Assembly (NCBI RefSeq): GCF_036321535.1 | Contig: NC_087472.1 | Location: 93,002,001 to 93,066,000, forward strand | Direction: 5' to 3' | Length of the DNA: 64,000 nt | From: Camelus dromedarius | Taxonomy: Eukaryota | Shown here: positions 62,720-64,000 of the stretch, one piece after another | Numbering within the stretch: position 1 is the first letter of the stretch | Layout of the letters: every line of letters begins with the position of its first letter | Program-made: the position numbers and the translations under genes | Notes under the pieces: generated by a model | The model's database searches: none | What the model saw: the letters and a program-made list of their open reading frames with translations, nothing else | What the model was told of the DNA's origin: nothing

Positions 62720-63704
62720 AACTTTCAATTTTTAAATTTTGAAATAATTTCTAACAATTGAAAAGTGGTGAAAGTAGTACAAATAACTCTTACATATCCC
62801 TCATCTTCACCCAGATTCCCTATTAATAGTTTGCCATTCATCCTTTCTCTCTCTTTCTGTCTCTCTTTTTATATCTAATATATAGATATAAATTTTATTT
62901 AGATATATATAGATATAAATTTTTTCTGGCCAATTTGACACTTAGAGGCATTGTTTCTCACGTCCCCTAAACATTTCGCATTTCACTGTGTGGTCCTTAT
63001 GGACAAAAATATTGTCTTATGTAATCACAGTATAATTATCAAAATCAGGATACTTAATATTGATACTGCCGTATAATATAAACTGTATTTGTATTCAGAT
63101 TTCTCCAATTGATTCAATGATGTCCTTTATAGCAACTTTTTTTTTCCTTTCATGAACCAATGTAGGGTCAGATTTTGTATTCAGTTGTCATATTTCTTTG
63201 GCTCCTTTAATTTGGAAGTTCCTAAGACTTACATCTTTCATGGTGTTGACATTTTAAAGAGTTAAGATCAGGTATTTTGTAGAATATCCTTCAGTTTTGG
63301 ACTGTCTAAAATTTCCTCCTGATTAGATTTAGGCCGTGCATTTTGGCAGGAATACTATGTATGAGATGTTGTGTTTTTACTAGTGCGTCATGTCAGGAGG
63401 CACGAGATGTTGGTTTGTCTGATTATTGGTGATGCTGATTTTGATCACTTAGATATGGTAAGTCGTTGGCAGATTTTCCCATCATATGTCATTGTTTTCT
63501 CATATGTAGTTAATAAATAATATGGGAGAGACACTTTGAAGATGTCTGAGTATCTTATTCCCTCTCAAACTTTCATTCATTAAATTTAGCACCTATTGAT
63601 ATTTTTGGAATACTGAATACTTACAATTGCTGAAAAATATTGACTTTTACTCCATCATTCTTCCTATGTTTATTAGTTGATAATCTACCATAAGGAGGCA
63701 CTGT

Positions 63705-63739
<35 letters not shown>

Positions 63740-64000
63740 TCTATCATTATGGACCCTATAACTTCTTATTTTATTTAAAGGGTTACAATCTACTAGTGTT
63801 GCTTTTGTTACCATCTTTATTATTATTAATAACAAATTGTCCCAGATTCAGCCAGTGAAAGTCCATTCAAGTTATCCTCTGTTTCCTTTTGATTTATTCT
63901 CATCATCTTTTGAGAATTTTCTTACTTTCTGCCACAAAAAAAAAAAGGTGTTCTAAATTTGTTTTTCTTTGACTCAGTCTTGGAATAAGATGTTTCTTGA
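62720..64000 (-). mobile_element. L1MC-like 3'UTR, containing (CT)n at about 63709-63737
   Basis: ttttgaaataatttc..tataattatcaaaatcagga..ttttggcaggaatactat..ttgtcccagatt. Confidence 0.75.

Noticed and set aside
1..64000. Prokaryotic-type systems (CRISPR arrays, operons, defence islands)
   Set aside because: The sequence is mammalian and repeat-rich, with no regularly spaced repeats and no dense ORFs.

Overview
AT-rich mammalian genomic DNA, most likely camelid (Vic-1-type tRNA-derived SINE at 62.4 kb, young camelid-type L1 3' ends). I found no intact protein-coding gene; the ORF-track entries are L1/LTR remnants or chance ORFs. The right two-thirds is ordinary repeat-rich sequence (L1, L2, CR1/L3, MIR, MaLR/ERV LTRs, hAT and Tigger elements). 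The main result is on the minus strand between about 22.7 kb and the left edge. The non-repeat DNA there resolves into about 50 decayed, splice-site-bounded, mostly phase-0 pseudo-exons with Gly-X-Y periodicity, preceded by a VWC-like exon and a Thr/Pro-rich linker exon. This looks like an ancient, intron-containing (unprocessed) collagen pseudogene. My hand tally gives more than 6 kb of Gly-X-Y sequence (over 2,000 codons, continuing off the window), about twice a canonical fibrillar helix. Exon sizes are near multiples of 9 nt and several introns are implausibly short (29-44 nt). Exon boundaries, translations and repeat subfamily names were read by eye and need computational confirmation.
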